64,000 nt of DNA, taken from the NCBI RefSeq assembly GCF_009914755.1, contig NC_060936.1; one strand, written 5' to 3'. This stretch comes from the human T2T-CHM13v2.0 reference genome, Homo sapiens. Position 1 is the first letter of the stretch, and every line of letters starts with the position of its first letter. The position numbers and the translations under genes are program-made. A model generated the notes under the pieces. That model was not told the origin of the DNA. It worked only from the letters and a program-made list of their open reading frames with translations, and did no database searches. This document shows positions 12,578-25,070 of this stretch, piece after piece.

Positions 12578-13249
12578 TGAAGTCCTTACTATGTTGGTAA
12601 GGACTTTACAAACTTCATCTCATTTAGTTCTTACGGTGTCCTAGAGATTGGCATTATTTTTATGCCCACTTTACAGGTGAGAAAAGTGAGGCTTAGAAAA
12701 GTAGAAATTTCTTAAATTTACCCAAGGACTAATATATTTGAAGCCAAACAACCTAGCTGCAGAGTGAATACTCGTAAATATTATGCCACCCTGTGGAAAC
12801 AAAAGGGACTATATCTATATGTCTAAATATCATCACATATTTATATGTACAGGAAATAATTGGTCATAAATAAAATATGAAACAATATTTATCTCTAGGT
12901 AGTAGGATTATGAGTAGTCTTAATTTTCCTGTTTATAGCCTTCTGCATTTTTCAAATTTTCTGCAATGAACATGTATTTATGTAGTCAGGAGAAACGCCA
13001 TGAAATTTACAATAGATTGCCCCGCTTCTTGTTATATTAGGAAGCCCAAGTCATGGTATAAATTCTTGAGATTTTCCTGGGATGTATGCTTCCTGAGGGA
13101 AAATGTTCCCAAAGTGTTCTCATCATTTCTTCCAGAGGAGCCAGTATTACAACTAGGAGATGAAGCACTTTGGTTTGTTGTTTCTAGTGTTTTCTATACA
13201 GATTTAAAAAAAAAAGAAGAAAAGAAAAACTAAAAAGTTTTCAGTCTGA

Positions 13250-13384
13250 GGAAAATTTAAATAATCACTCATCTTATTCTCTCATTTGACTCAAAGTAAA
13301 AATTGTAAAATATAGTTGTCAGAAGTTCAATAGGTAAGTTTGGCCTTTACCTGAAGGTCTGGGGCAACGGATGTCCCATCTGAG
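13250..13384 (+). repeat. 135-bp direct repeat, copy 2
   Basis: See copy 1 at 11831-11965. Confidence 0.93.
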
Positions 13385-13849
13385 GAATTCCAAAAGAACT
13401 CCCCAATCCAGGGAAAGGTCTCACCTCAGAGGCAATGTGTGAGAGTTCTAGCTACACACGTTGATGTAGCAAACAGCAGTCACATGGTCACATTCTCTTC
13501 CAAACTATTTCCATTTCGTCAAACCACAGAAATTGCCAGAAAGGATTGTAGTGTTGAGTCCACCCTTCTCTCTGTAAGTAAGAAACTGAGATCCTGAAAG
13601 GCTGCATCACTCTGTTTCCATCATGACCTTCCTAGACCAAGCTACAGCCTTCACTCACCTGAATTCCTGTATCTGTCCCCACCTGTCTCACACCCAATTC
13701 AGCGCCCCTTCAACTCCAGTTACCACCATGCTGCTCCCCTGACTCTCTCACTCACAGATTTTTATTGTTCTTAAAATAGAGAAGAATGTTCTTAACATGT
13801 TTTACAAGGTCTCTCCTAATCTGACCCTTGCCTTCCCATTTTTACCTGA

Positions 13850-14267
<418 letters not shown>

Positions 14268-15404
14268 TGAGAGGTTTCCTAGACTCCAGTCCAAGTTAGA
14301 TCCTTCTCTCTTATCATGTAAGCATCCTTCCTAGCTCTTATCATAGCTGTAGCTTTGCACTTCTTGCCTGTATTCCTCCCACTGGATTGGGACTCTGAGA
14401 GGCAAGGACATGTCAGTTTCACCCAGCATTTCACCATCAGCACTAACCCAGTGCCTGCCAAAGAAACACAGGCCCAGAGAGGTTATGTGATTCTCTCAAA
14501 GGCACATACCCAGTTAGTGATAGAGTCAAGTCTCAAATCCAGGTCTCCAGCATCGTTTCCTATAGAGCGCCCGTCTCTTTCTCACAGAGCTGCCTTTGTC
14601 CATCAATTATAGTTCTAGCCCAGCTCTTGTTTTTCTCCCAGATTTCAACTGTAAGACCTGGTGCTTCTGACTTCTCTCAAAGTCATCCTTCTCCACCTTC
14701 AACCCTGAGTCCCTGCTGAATTCCTTCGTGTTACTTAGAGTTGCAAAATGATTTGCTTGTGTTTGTCTCAACACGTTTCCCTGACATTCTGAACTCTCCG
14801 TAAATCAACCAGTGACAAAAATGTATTCAATCCCTCTTGTATTCTCAGCACTAAGCTGGCTGCTACAGGGAGTAAAAGGAAGACACAAATGTCCTTTTGA
14901 CCCTTAAGAAACAAATTATCTATTTGAAGACATAAGGCTCACACATCTAATGCTAGTAGGGGAAAAAAACAGTAATAATAGTAATCAAGTTTGTGTAACA
15001 CAGACTCTGAGTGCTACAGAAATTCAGCCAAAGAAAGATGAAGAAGGCTACACATGGAAGGTGAAAACTGATCTGGCGTTGAAGGAAGTTAAGAACTTAG
15101 ATCTGCAGAAAGGAAGGAAAAAAAAATTAAATTGCCATTTTCCAACAAGGGAAAATGATGGAAGCATCATCAATGATGCTTGACGTTGGGAAGCATTATC
15201 AATACATTTTGTAAAGGACCAACTCAAATGGAGAATAAGCCCAGACATGGGGGTGTAAAGAAAGACAAGGGCATAAGGTCTTGTTCCAAATCCCAAAGGG
15301 ACTGTCAACAGACAAGCTGGGGAAGCTTGAGGGACAGTGTGACTCTCAAACCCTGCTATAGCCTCTCCACTATTCAGATGTCAATGTTAATAGTTAATGG
15401 TAAA

Positions 15405-15650
15405 AGTTAATCCTTATTGAACTCTATCTATATGTCAGACATTATATTAAGTGCTTTGCATATGTTATTTCATTTATTCTTACTTAATCCTCTCAATATT
15501 TCCTTTAACAGTAGGTAGTGGTATTATCCTCGTCTTACATATGAGGAAGCTGAGGCTTTGTCAGAGTAAATAACTTACCAAAGAAGATTATATAAATGGA
15601 TTACATAGATCCAGAGTCTCAACCCACACTCTTTACTTGGGAGCCTGAGC
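15405..15650 (-). mobile_element. MIR SINE
   Basis: TAAGTGCTTTGCATATGTTATTTCATT...ATGAGGAAGCTGAGGCT. Confidence 0.7.
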
Positions 15651-16029
15651 AAAAATAAAAACGACTCAAAAATTTCCAATGCTGTTTCTAAAAACCAAAA
15701 TAATAGCACAGAGTATGAACCCAGAGGTCTACCCATTCTACCTAGTATGTGTAAATCTTAAGGAATTTTACTGAATTGTGCAGGCATAGAGAGATGTAAA
15801 GGGGTCAGTTCTCACACCTTTATGATATTAAAATTTCATTAGTTTAGAACCATTAAGTCAAAAAGTAAAAGAAATATTTTTTTCCAAATACATCTGAGTT
15901 GCTGACCTAGAAATCACATGAATTGCTCCCCATTCTTTCTCCACCAGTGAACATTCTTCCCAATGTCAGTAACAGCATTTTAACATGCCTATTATAGGTA
16001 ACAGAAAAGGTGATGTAAGTTTCAGGAAT

Positions 16030-16180
16030 GGAAGGAGGGAGGGAAGAGGGAAGGAGGGAAGGAGAGAAGGAAGGAAGAAGGGAAGGAGGGAAGGAAGGGA
16101 AGGAAGGGAAGGAAGGAAAGGAAGGAAAGGAAGGAAAGGAAGGAAAGGAGGGAGGGAGGGAGGGAGGGAGGGAGAGAGGG
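16030..16180 (+). repeat. (GGAA)/(GGAAGGAAA)/(GGGA) microsatellite
   Basis: Direct inspection. Confidence 0.95.
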
Positions 16181-16327
16181 GCAGAAAATTGTCTCCTCTT
16201 ATTGTCAAACGATGCTCGCCACCGCCTCTTATCTTCCCTCCATCTCCAGTAATGTATGTTGACAACAGTGACACCTCCTGGCGAAAACAAACTTGACCTC
16301 CTGCAGGATTTCATTTTGCTCACTCAC

Positions 16328-16492
16328 CGCAAATTACTCTTGACTCTTCTTGTTGCCTCCAGGTGCAATTTTCTTTTCCTTATCTGGAAGACTGTACACT
16401 AGCACGGGCATCCTCAGCCTTAGAAACTCAATAACCCAGTGCTGACCTAACTGCAGAACTCGGTCTGACATGCAAAGCCCCGGAGTTTCATC
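16328..16492 (-). ncRNA. Candidate 165-nt non-coding exon
   Basis: Minus-strand acceptor CTGACGTTTTTAG| and donor GCG|GTGAGT; stops in all three frames; locally CpG-enriched unique sequence. Confidence 0.35.
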
Positions 16493-16856
16493 CTAAAAAC
16501 GTCAGCATGATTAGCCCAGAGACCCAATTCACAGCCTTCCTACTTACAGCTACATTAAATATAAATAAAGCAAACTAAATACCAGCTACTGAGAAATAGT
16601 TCAATTAAATCCTACAATGAGAGTGCCTCTTGATTTTAATGTGTTTAATCCCCTGGGAAACATAGTTGTTGTATGCCCTTCTTGTAGAATTTTTTTTTTT
16701 TTGGTCTCATACTTGTGCAAATCATACAGCCACTAAAAAGGCTAAAAGCTTTTAGTATTATTGTTATCTAAAACAGTTTTAGAAAACTAACTGTGAAAGG
16801 TTTTGTTTCATCTCATTTCCTAGACATTCCAGGGCATGATCCACATGGTTACTCAC

Positions 16857-16969
16857 CTTGAAAATAATATATTGGAAAATATAGTAAAGTATTTTGTACC
16901 TACTTTGAAAGCAATCCAGCACTTTGTTAAACTAGACCCCTGAGCAAGCATAATTAAGGGTGAAAGTAG
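16857..16969 (-). ncRNA. Candidate 113-nt exon
   Basis: Minus-strand acceptor ATTTTCCTCTCTGATCCATCAG| and donor AAG|GTGAGT. Confidence 0.25.
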
Positions 16970-17892
16970 CTGATGGATCAGAGAGGAAAATGGAGACCTC
17001 AAGCCCTGTGGCATTTTCCTTTTCTCAATTTTATAAAATAGCTTAGGCCCTTCTGTTTTTTTCTCTCTCTCTGAATCATTCAGTGGTTCAGAGTATAAAG
17101 AGTTTACCTTGAAACTTGTTTGTTCCTATTCGATTCACAGTCTGCACAAAGAAACCCCTTCATTTGGGCAACTAAATCTTGTAAGTTCGCTGGTTGAAAA
17201 AAGTCTATGAACTTTCCCTTAGTTAAGCTTTTATTTTGAAAAGACTCCTATGAGATACCTGCATATTAAATCTCAGGTGAACTTGCATCCCAAATTAATA
17301 AAAATTCAAACCCTTGCTCCTTTCCAGATCTAGTGATTCTTTTGACAAATAAACCTTGGAGATTAGATTATATCTTTGTTATGCAAGAACAGAAAAACAC
17401 TGGTATTATAAAAAACAAAAGTTCTTCTAGCTGATCAAAAAGAAAACGGCGGTTGAGTCGCAACAGTTATATTTTTGTCTCTGTGTTGTTTTACAGTGAA
17501 AATCGTGGTTAAAATTTCAACTGCCTTCTGATACAATAAAGATTCCAAACATGGGCATTTCAAAACTTTATGCAAAGGCAAATTCTGGTGGGGGTGGTCA
17601 ATTTCAAAAAAAAAAAAAAATCTCTCTGCTTGCCTTAAAAGAACACACATGAAAGACAGATACTGGAACTAGAGGAACATGCTTCGTGATTAGCACAGCA
17701 TCAGAATGATAGATCTGGAACATGTCAGCATATAACATACAAATGATAAATATATATTTGGACTTTATCACATAAGCTTATTCATTTACTCAACAGTGAA
17801 TAAAGTATTTGCAGTGGGTTAAGCAAAATGGTAGGTGTTAGAAAACAATGGTGAACCCTGCCCTCGAGTGAGAGCAGTCTAGTATGAGATGA

Positions 17893-17997
17893 TAGGGTTG
17901 TATGAGACATACTTATACTGAAAGATTATTCATTGTTTATCTGAAATCAAATTTAACTCAGTGCACTGCATTTTTACCTATTAAATTTGGTAAACTT
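17893..17997. mobile_element. MER53-like DNA transposon, one arm largely deleted
   Basis: GGGTTG then GACATACTTATACT...TTGTTTATCTGAAATCAAATTTAACT...AAATTTGGTAAAC matches one half of the palindromic consensus. Confidence 0.65.
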
Positions 17998-18021
17998 AAT
18001 AGAAGGTAAATGGGCAATTTC

Positions 18022-18190
18022 TTCTTTTTTATTGTTATTTTTCAGAGACAGGGTCTTGCTCTGCTGCCCAGGCTGGAATGAAGGGGTGCAATCATAGCTC
18101 ATTGCAGACTCTAACTCCTGGGCTCAAGTGATCCTCCCACCTCAGTCTCCCAAGTAGCTGGGATTACAGGCCAGAGCTACTGCACCCAGC
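18022..18190 (-). mobile_element. Monomeric Alu (FRAM/FAM-like)
   Basis: GAGACAGGGTCTTGCTCTG...TGGGCTCAAGTGATCCTCCCACCTCAG; TSD GCAATTTC. Confidence 0.85.
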
Positions 18191-18260
18191 AGCAATTTCA
18201 ATCTAGTATGATATATTGAAGTGATAAGAGTGAGCTGAACATTAAAGAAGTGCATAAGGA

Positions 18261-19470
18261 TCTCTCTTTGAAATATTTATTTTATTTCCTTTGGATACAT
18301 ACACAGAAGTGAGACTGCTTGATCATATGGTAGTTCTATTTTCAATTTTTTGAGGCATCTTTATATTGTTTTCCATAATCTACCAATTTACAGTCCTACC
18401 AACAGTTCTCTTTTTGCCACATTCTTGCCAACATTTAAGAGCCATCCTTACAGGTGTGAGGTAATATCTCATTGTAGTTTTGATTTGCATTTCCCTGATG
18501 ATTTGTGATGTTGAGTACCTTTTCATATACCTGTTGGACATTTGTCTTCTTTGGAAAAATGTCTCTTCACCTCCTTTGCTCATTTTGTAATCAGGTTACT
18601 TGTTTTTGTTTGTTTTGTTTTGTTGTTTGTTTCTATTGGGTTTTATGAGTATCTTATACATTTTGGGTATTAACCCCTTATCAGATATATGATTTGCAAA
18701 TATTTCTTCCCATTCCATAGACTGCCTTTTCATTTTTTTTGTTTCCTTTGCTATGCAGAAGCTTTTAAATTTGATGTAGTCCTACTTGTTTATTTTTATT
18801 TTTGTTGCCATCTTTTTGATTTTATAGCCAAAAGATCACTGCCATGTTCATTGTGGCATTATTTGCAATAGCCAAGATATGAAAACAACCTAAGTGTACA
18901 TCAACAGATAAACTGATAAAGAAAATGTGGTGTGTAAATACACAGTGGAATATTATTCAATCATAAAAAAGAAGGCAGTCCTGCCTTTTACAACAACATG
19001 GATGAACCTAGGGAACATTAAACTACATGAAAGAAGCCAGGCTCAAAATACAAATACAGCAGGATCTCACTTCTAAGTGAAATCTAAGTAATTCGGGTTC
19101 ATACAAGCAGAGAGTTGAATAATAGTTGCCAGGCGAAGGAGGGTGGGGGAAATGGGTAGATGTTGCTCAAAGGGTACAAACTTTCAGTTACAAAATGAAC
19201 AAGTTCTGAGGATCAAATGAATAGTATGGTGACTATATTTTATAATACTATGTTATTCACTTGAAATTTGCTAAAAGAACAGATCTTAAGTGTCTTCACG
19301 CCCCTCCCTCACCACACACACAAAATGGTAACTATGTGTGGTGAAGGGCGTGTTGATTAACTTGATTGTGTTTATCATTACACAATGTATATAGATATCA
19401 AATTATGATGTTGTACACCTTAAATATATACGATTTTGTCAATTATACCTCAATAAAGCTGGGGGTGGGG
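18261..19470. mobile_element. 5'-inverted (twin-primed) L1MA: ~18261-18844 minus, ~18841-19470 plus
   Basis: ORF2-end sequence on the minus strand joined to 3' UTR on the plus strand; 16-bp TSD AAGAAGTGCATAAGGA at 18245-18260 and 19471-19486. Confidence 0.92.
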
Positions 19471-19486
19471 AAGAAGTGCATAAGGA

Positions 19487-19952
19487 GGTACAGGTAACTC
19501 TGACTTTGAAATTGGGATCTGAAAGATAAATAAGAGTTAACCAAGAAAAGAGAAAGAGGTTAGTGATTCCAAGAGGAAATGCAAGTGCAATGTCCGTGAG
19601 GAGAGAAAGAGACTGGCACGTGTCTATCATCGTTGTTCAAAATAAATGGGCATACAGTGATGAAGCAGGAGAGATTAGCAGACGCCAGACCACAGGGACC
19701 CTCTAAAGACATTTGGATGCCATATTTAGGACAAAGGAAAGTTTTAAAGGTTTCTAGGCAGAGGCGTTTTATGATCAGATTTGTCATGTAGGAAGATTAT
19801 TCTGGATGAATGCTGGAAAATAGATTGACATCTGGGAAGACTGGAGGCAAGGAAACCAGTTGAAATAATATGCTTAAGGAACTCTAAAGGAACTAAAATC
19901 TTAACCAAACTATGAACTAAAATCTTAGCAGTAAGGAGTGTACATCTTAGTC

Positions 19953-19984
<32 letters not shown>

Positions 19985-20520
19985 TAAAGCCCCAACAAGT
20001 CTATGAAATAGGTATTATTATTATTCCTGTTTTATAAATGAGGAACATGAGACTTAGAGAAAAATAAATAATTGGCCTGTAAAGCTAGTAACTGGTACAG
20101 TAAGGATGATATCCAGGTCTGGAGGATAAGCCATGGGCTGAGAGATGGTGCCACTGACCATGATTGGAAATACAGAAGAGGGTACACATTTGTGAGAAAA
20201 GTGCAGGGCTCCTTTTTAGACTTACTGAATTTCAAGTGCCTATGATATCTGAGGGCAACTGGATAGATGAATTTAGAGCTCATGTGGAGATGAGGATTGG
20301 GGAGATGGGCTCATCTGGAGACAGGGATTGGGGAGATGAATCATCAGCCACGCAATTACAGTGGAAACTCTAGAGTATAGATAAGGTGGATTACAGAAGG
20401 TACACGGAGTGAAACTAGAAAGAGCCCTAGGGAAGAATCTTGAGAAACATCAACATTTAAGGGTCAAGTGTGGCCAGGGCAGTAGGAAAAAGCCCCGAGA
20501 GTATGATGTCAAAGAAGGCA
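19487..20520. mobile_element. L2 LINE fragments with MIR and (TA)n insertions
   Basis: ATGATCAGATTTG...GACTGGAGGCAAGGAAACCAGTT; GAGAAACATCAACATTTAAGGG. Confidence 0.65.
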
Positions 20521-20831
20521 AGTGCTATGGACTGAATGTTTGTGTCCACCCAGCCAAATTCATGTACTAAAATCCTAAACCCCAAGGTGATAGTGTTAGG
20601 AAATGGGGCTTTTGGGAAATGACTAGGTCATGAGGGTAGAGCCCTCATGAACGGGATTAGGGCCCTTACAAAAGAGGCCCAGAGAGCTACCTTACCCCCT
20701 CCACAAGTGAGAACACAGTAAGAAGACACCATGTATGAGAAAGCATACCCTTATCAGACACCTGATCTGCTGGTCATAGATTCCTAAGCCTCAAGAACTG
20801 TGAGAAATAAATTTCTGTTACTTATAATCTA

Positions 20832-21180
<349 letters not shown>

Positions 21181-21185
<5 letters not shown>

Positions 21186-21521
21186 AAAGAAGAAGAAGGA
21201 GAAGGAGAAGGGGAAAGGGAAGAGGAAGGGGAAGGGGAAGGGGAAGATGAGGAGGAAGGAGGAGGAGGAAGAAGAAGAGGAAGAGGAAGAAGAAGAAGAG
21301 GAGGAAGAAGAAGAAGAGGAGGAGGAAGAAGAAGAGGAAGAAGAAGAAAAGGAAGAAGAAGAAGAGGAAGAGGAAGAAGAGGAAGAAGAAGAGGAGGAAG
21401 AACAAGAGGAAGAAAAAGAAGAAGAGGAAGAAGTGGAATGGAAGAAGAAGAGAAAGAAGAAGAAGAGGAAGAAGAAGAATAGGAAGAAGAAGAGGAAGAA
21501 CAAGAGGAAGAAGAAGAAGAA
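21181..21521 (+). repeat. (GAA/GAG)n trinucleotide polypurine tract in Alu tail
   Basis: ~340 bp of GAA/GAG/AAG triplets. Confidence 0.97.
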
Positions 21522-22776
21522 CTGCTATACAAATACCCAAAAATGTGGAACTGGCTTTGAAACTGGGTAATGAGTAGAAGGTGGAAGAGTATTGAGCTGA
21601 ATGCTAGAAAAAAACCTGTATTGCCATAAACAGACTAATAAGGGCAATTCTGGTTAGGGCTTAGGAAAGTTATAGAGAAAGCCTCAATCTTCTTAGAGAA
21701 TATCTGCATCATTGTAAACAGAATGTTGGTAGAAATATGGATGATAAATGTTATTTTGATCAGGTCTCAGATGGAAATACAACCACTTAGGTATTCACTA
21801 TTTTAAACTGGAGGAAAGGTGATTCTTATAAAGTGACAAAAAGTGCATCGTGTTCATGTCCTAGTTTTTTGTGAAGGTAAACTTGTGAGTGATAAAACTC
21901 ACAAGATATTTGGCTGAGGAAACATCTAAGCACAGCGTTGAAAGAGTAGCTTGGCTTCCCTTGAATGTTTATAGTAAAATGCAAGAAAAGAAAAATTATT
22001 TAAAGATGGATTTTTTTAATTAATAGGAAGACGATCTTAACGATTTGGAAAATTTACAACCTGGCCATACTCTAAGGAATGAGAGAGTATGTTTAGGAGA
22101 CAACACCAGGGATGTCATCAAGCAACCTTTTGATAAGATTAAAATTGTACTGGTAGAAATCAGGCACTATTCATCAACACAATGGAAGAATGACCCCAAG
22201 GGCATTTAAAGATTGTGGAGGTTGTCCTTCCCATCACAGGCCAAGAATATCAGGGCCTTGGAGGCAAAATGATTTCAAGGCTCTGCTTCTCTCATTCTTG
22301 CCCAGTGATCCTAGGCAGTTCACCCAGATGCAGCATGGACCGAGGTGGCTGCCCCTCAACAGGGCACAAACTATAAACCTTGGTGGCAATCACGTAGTGC
22401 CATCTCCACTGACCTGTAGATTGTACAAAATATGAGGGTATGGCTATCTCCCTCCAGATTGTGAAGGATGGAGCCACCAAGGAGAGGGTTAACTTCAGGC
22501 TAGGGCTACCAGAATCCCCACTAGGGTAATACTTAGTGGCACCATAGAGTTAAGACCACCATGGTAACTTCAGATCATTGAAGCCACCAGCCTGCAATTC
22601 CAGCCTGGGAGAACCACTGGCACAAAATTCCCACCTATGAGGGGCTGCAGCATGGGCTGCACCTAACATAGCCATGGGTGGGACCACACAGAACTCTGAG
22701 GGGCCAACCCGTACCACAGTGTGTTTGGAAGGTTGCACGTCAATTCAAAAAACATTATTCTGGAGCCTTAAGATTT

Positions 22777-23351
22777 TTTAACATATTTTTAAATTTCTAT
22801 GGTTTTGGGGCTATAAATGATTTTTGGTTACATGGATGAATTGTAGAGTAATAAATTCTGAGATTTTAGTGTACCCATCACCCAAGCAGTATACATTGTA
22901 CTCAGTGTGTAGTTTTTTATTCCTCATCCACCTTCACCCTCCCTCTTCTGAGTTTTCAAAGTCCATTATGTCACTCTGTATGCCTTTGTGTACTCATAGA
23001 TTAGCTCTCACTTGTAAGTGAGAATACATGATATTTGGTTGTCCATTCCTGAGTTACTTCACTTAGAATAACGGTCTCCAGCTCTATCCAAGTTGCTGCA
23101 AAATATATTATTTTATTCCTTTTTATGGCTGAATAGTATTCCATGGTGTATATATGTCACATTTTCTTTATCCACTCATTGGTTAATGGGCACTTAGGTT
23201 GATTCCATATCTTTGCAATTATGAGTTAGGCTGCAATAAGCATATGTGTGCATGTGTCTTTTTCATACAATAACTTATTTTCTTTTGGGTAGATACCCAG
23301 TAGTGGTATTGCTTAATCGAATGGTAGATCTACTTTTAGTTCTTTAAGAAA
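22777..23351 (-). mobile_element. 5'-truncated L1PB-like element inside MLT1-int
   Basis: L1PB-type 3' end GGTTACATGGATGAATTG...GAGATTTTAGTG; 17-bp TSD CTGGAGCCTTAAGATTT at 22760-22776 and 23352-23368. Confidence 0.92.
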
Positions 23352-24759
23352 CTGGAGCCTTAAGATTTAATGTTGTTTGCTCTGTTGGGTTTTGGACTTA
23401 CTTAGGACCTGTCAACTCCTTTCTTCTTCCTGTTTTTCTCTTTTGGAGTGGGAATGTCTATCCTATGTCTGCCCTGCCATTGTGTTTTGGAAGCACATAA
23501 CATGTTTGATTTCATAGGTTCACAGTTAGAGCGATTTGCCTTAGAATAAATCATACCTTGAGACTCACCTATATCTGATTCAGATGATATTTAGATAAAA
23601 CTCTAGACTTTAGACTTTTGAGACAATGCTGGAGCAAGTTAAGAATTTGGGGGGCTATTGGCTGTATTTTGGATATAAAAAGGACTGCAATTTGGGGAGG
23701 CCAAGGGCAAAATGCTATGGTCTGAATGTTTGTAGCTCTCCAAAGTCCATATGTTGAAATCCTAACCCCAAGGTGATAGTACTAAGAGATGAGGCCTTTG
23801 GGAGGTGATAGTGTCATGAGGATGGAACCTTTATGAATGGAATTAGTGTCCTTTTAGGTGAGGCCCCAGAGAGCTACCTTGTTCCTTCCTTGATGTGAGG
23901 ATTCAGCAAGAAGTTGCCCTTTATGAAGCAAAGAGTAAGACCTCACTAGACATCAGAGCTGCTGGTGCCTTGATCTTGGACTCCTTAACCCCAAGAATTA
24001 TGAGAAATAAATTTCTGTTGTTTATAAGCTACCTATGTCATGGTATTTTCTCATATTAGTCTGAACAGAACATTCCAAGATATAGGTAGTGTCAGCATTA
24101 TAAAACGAATTATGTGAGATGTGCTAATCGGAGAGGAAATTCAGAAGGTCAATCTATTGTATACAGCAGAAGAGAAAAGTTTTAAAGCTAGTTGAAAGAA
24201 AAAGAGTTAACTTAGCAAATTTAGGGGTAGAATATACTGGGGCACCAGAAAAGACAGTTAAAACAGGAGAAAGAGAATGGTGGAAATGTGAACTGCTGTG
24301 CCTTCTTGCCAGCCCAGCAATAAGGCAAGTCAAGAACACAGTGGGAGTGTGATCAAGTAGGGTTAAGGTTAATTTCAATAAAGACTAAACTTTACATGTT
24401 AATAAACTTCAATAAAGTTCAAACTCTCTTCTGGTTGACCTAGTCATGGGGGTCTCCACCGCATGCTGTTGGTATTATGAAAAACAAACACAGACATGGA
24501 GCTATTTTCAGTCAAGTTTGTTCTGCCTTAAGGGAAAGTTTGGGAAAGTGCTGAAGGGAAGGAGGAGAGGGCTGTGTGCTACAAATAAAGGTGTCATCAG
24601 GACAGAAAAAATTTAAGCTCTCCCTAAAGAAATTAAATTGAGCCTACCTGCTGGAGAGCTTCTGGGTACAACACTAATCTGTTGTTCTCCTATTGTCTTT
24701 GAACAAACTATGCACCATTGTAAAATGTACTGTTAAGAGAGGAAAAGCACCCCTACAAA

Positions 24760-25070
24760 AAGCTGGAAGACAAAAGGGCTACATCCCCAGTGTTAAGAGT
24801 AAATGAGAAATAAACTCACAACACAGAAAGGGATGGTGAAGAAGTGTCTCAATCTTGGCAATTTGTGAAGAGGAGATTAAAAACCCTCCCCTAGGTGTAT
24901 GAGCCAAAGCACAGGCTTTGGTCTGAATTCACACCATCAGTGTAGCCAAAAAAGACCTCAAGCAGAAAATGTAGTTTAAAGTGATTTCAGGTTGTGGTCC
25001 CAGTGACTGGCAGAAAGAAGGAAACTCAAATCCTTCAGGGAAGTTGATATCAACCCAGGCTTACAGTGAT
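24760..25070 (+). mobile_element. Old L1ME-type 5'-region fragment
   Basis: GAATTCACACC...ACCTCAAGCAGAAAATGTAGTTTAAAGTG...TGGCAGAAAG...AAATCCT resembles L1ME 5' sequence. Confidence 0.45.

Noticed and set aside
15907-16323. ORFs of 74-138 aa
   Set aside because: They span the GGAA microsatellite and are low complexity.
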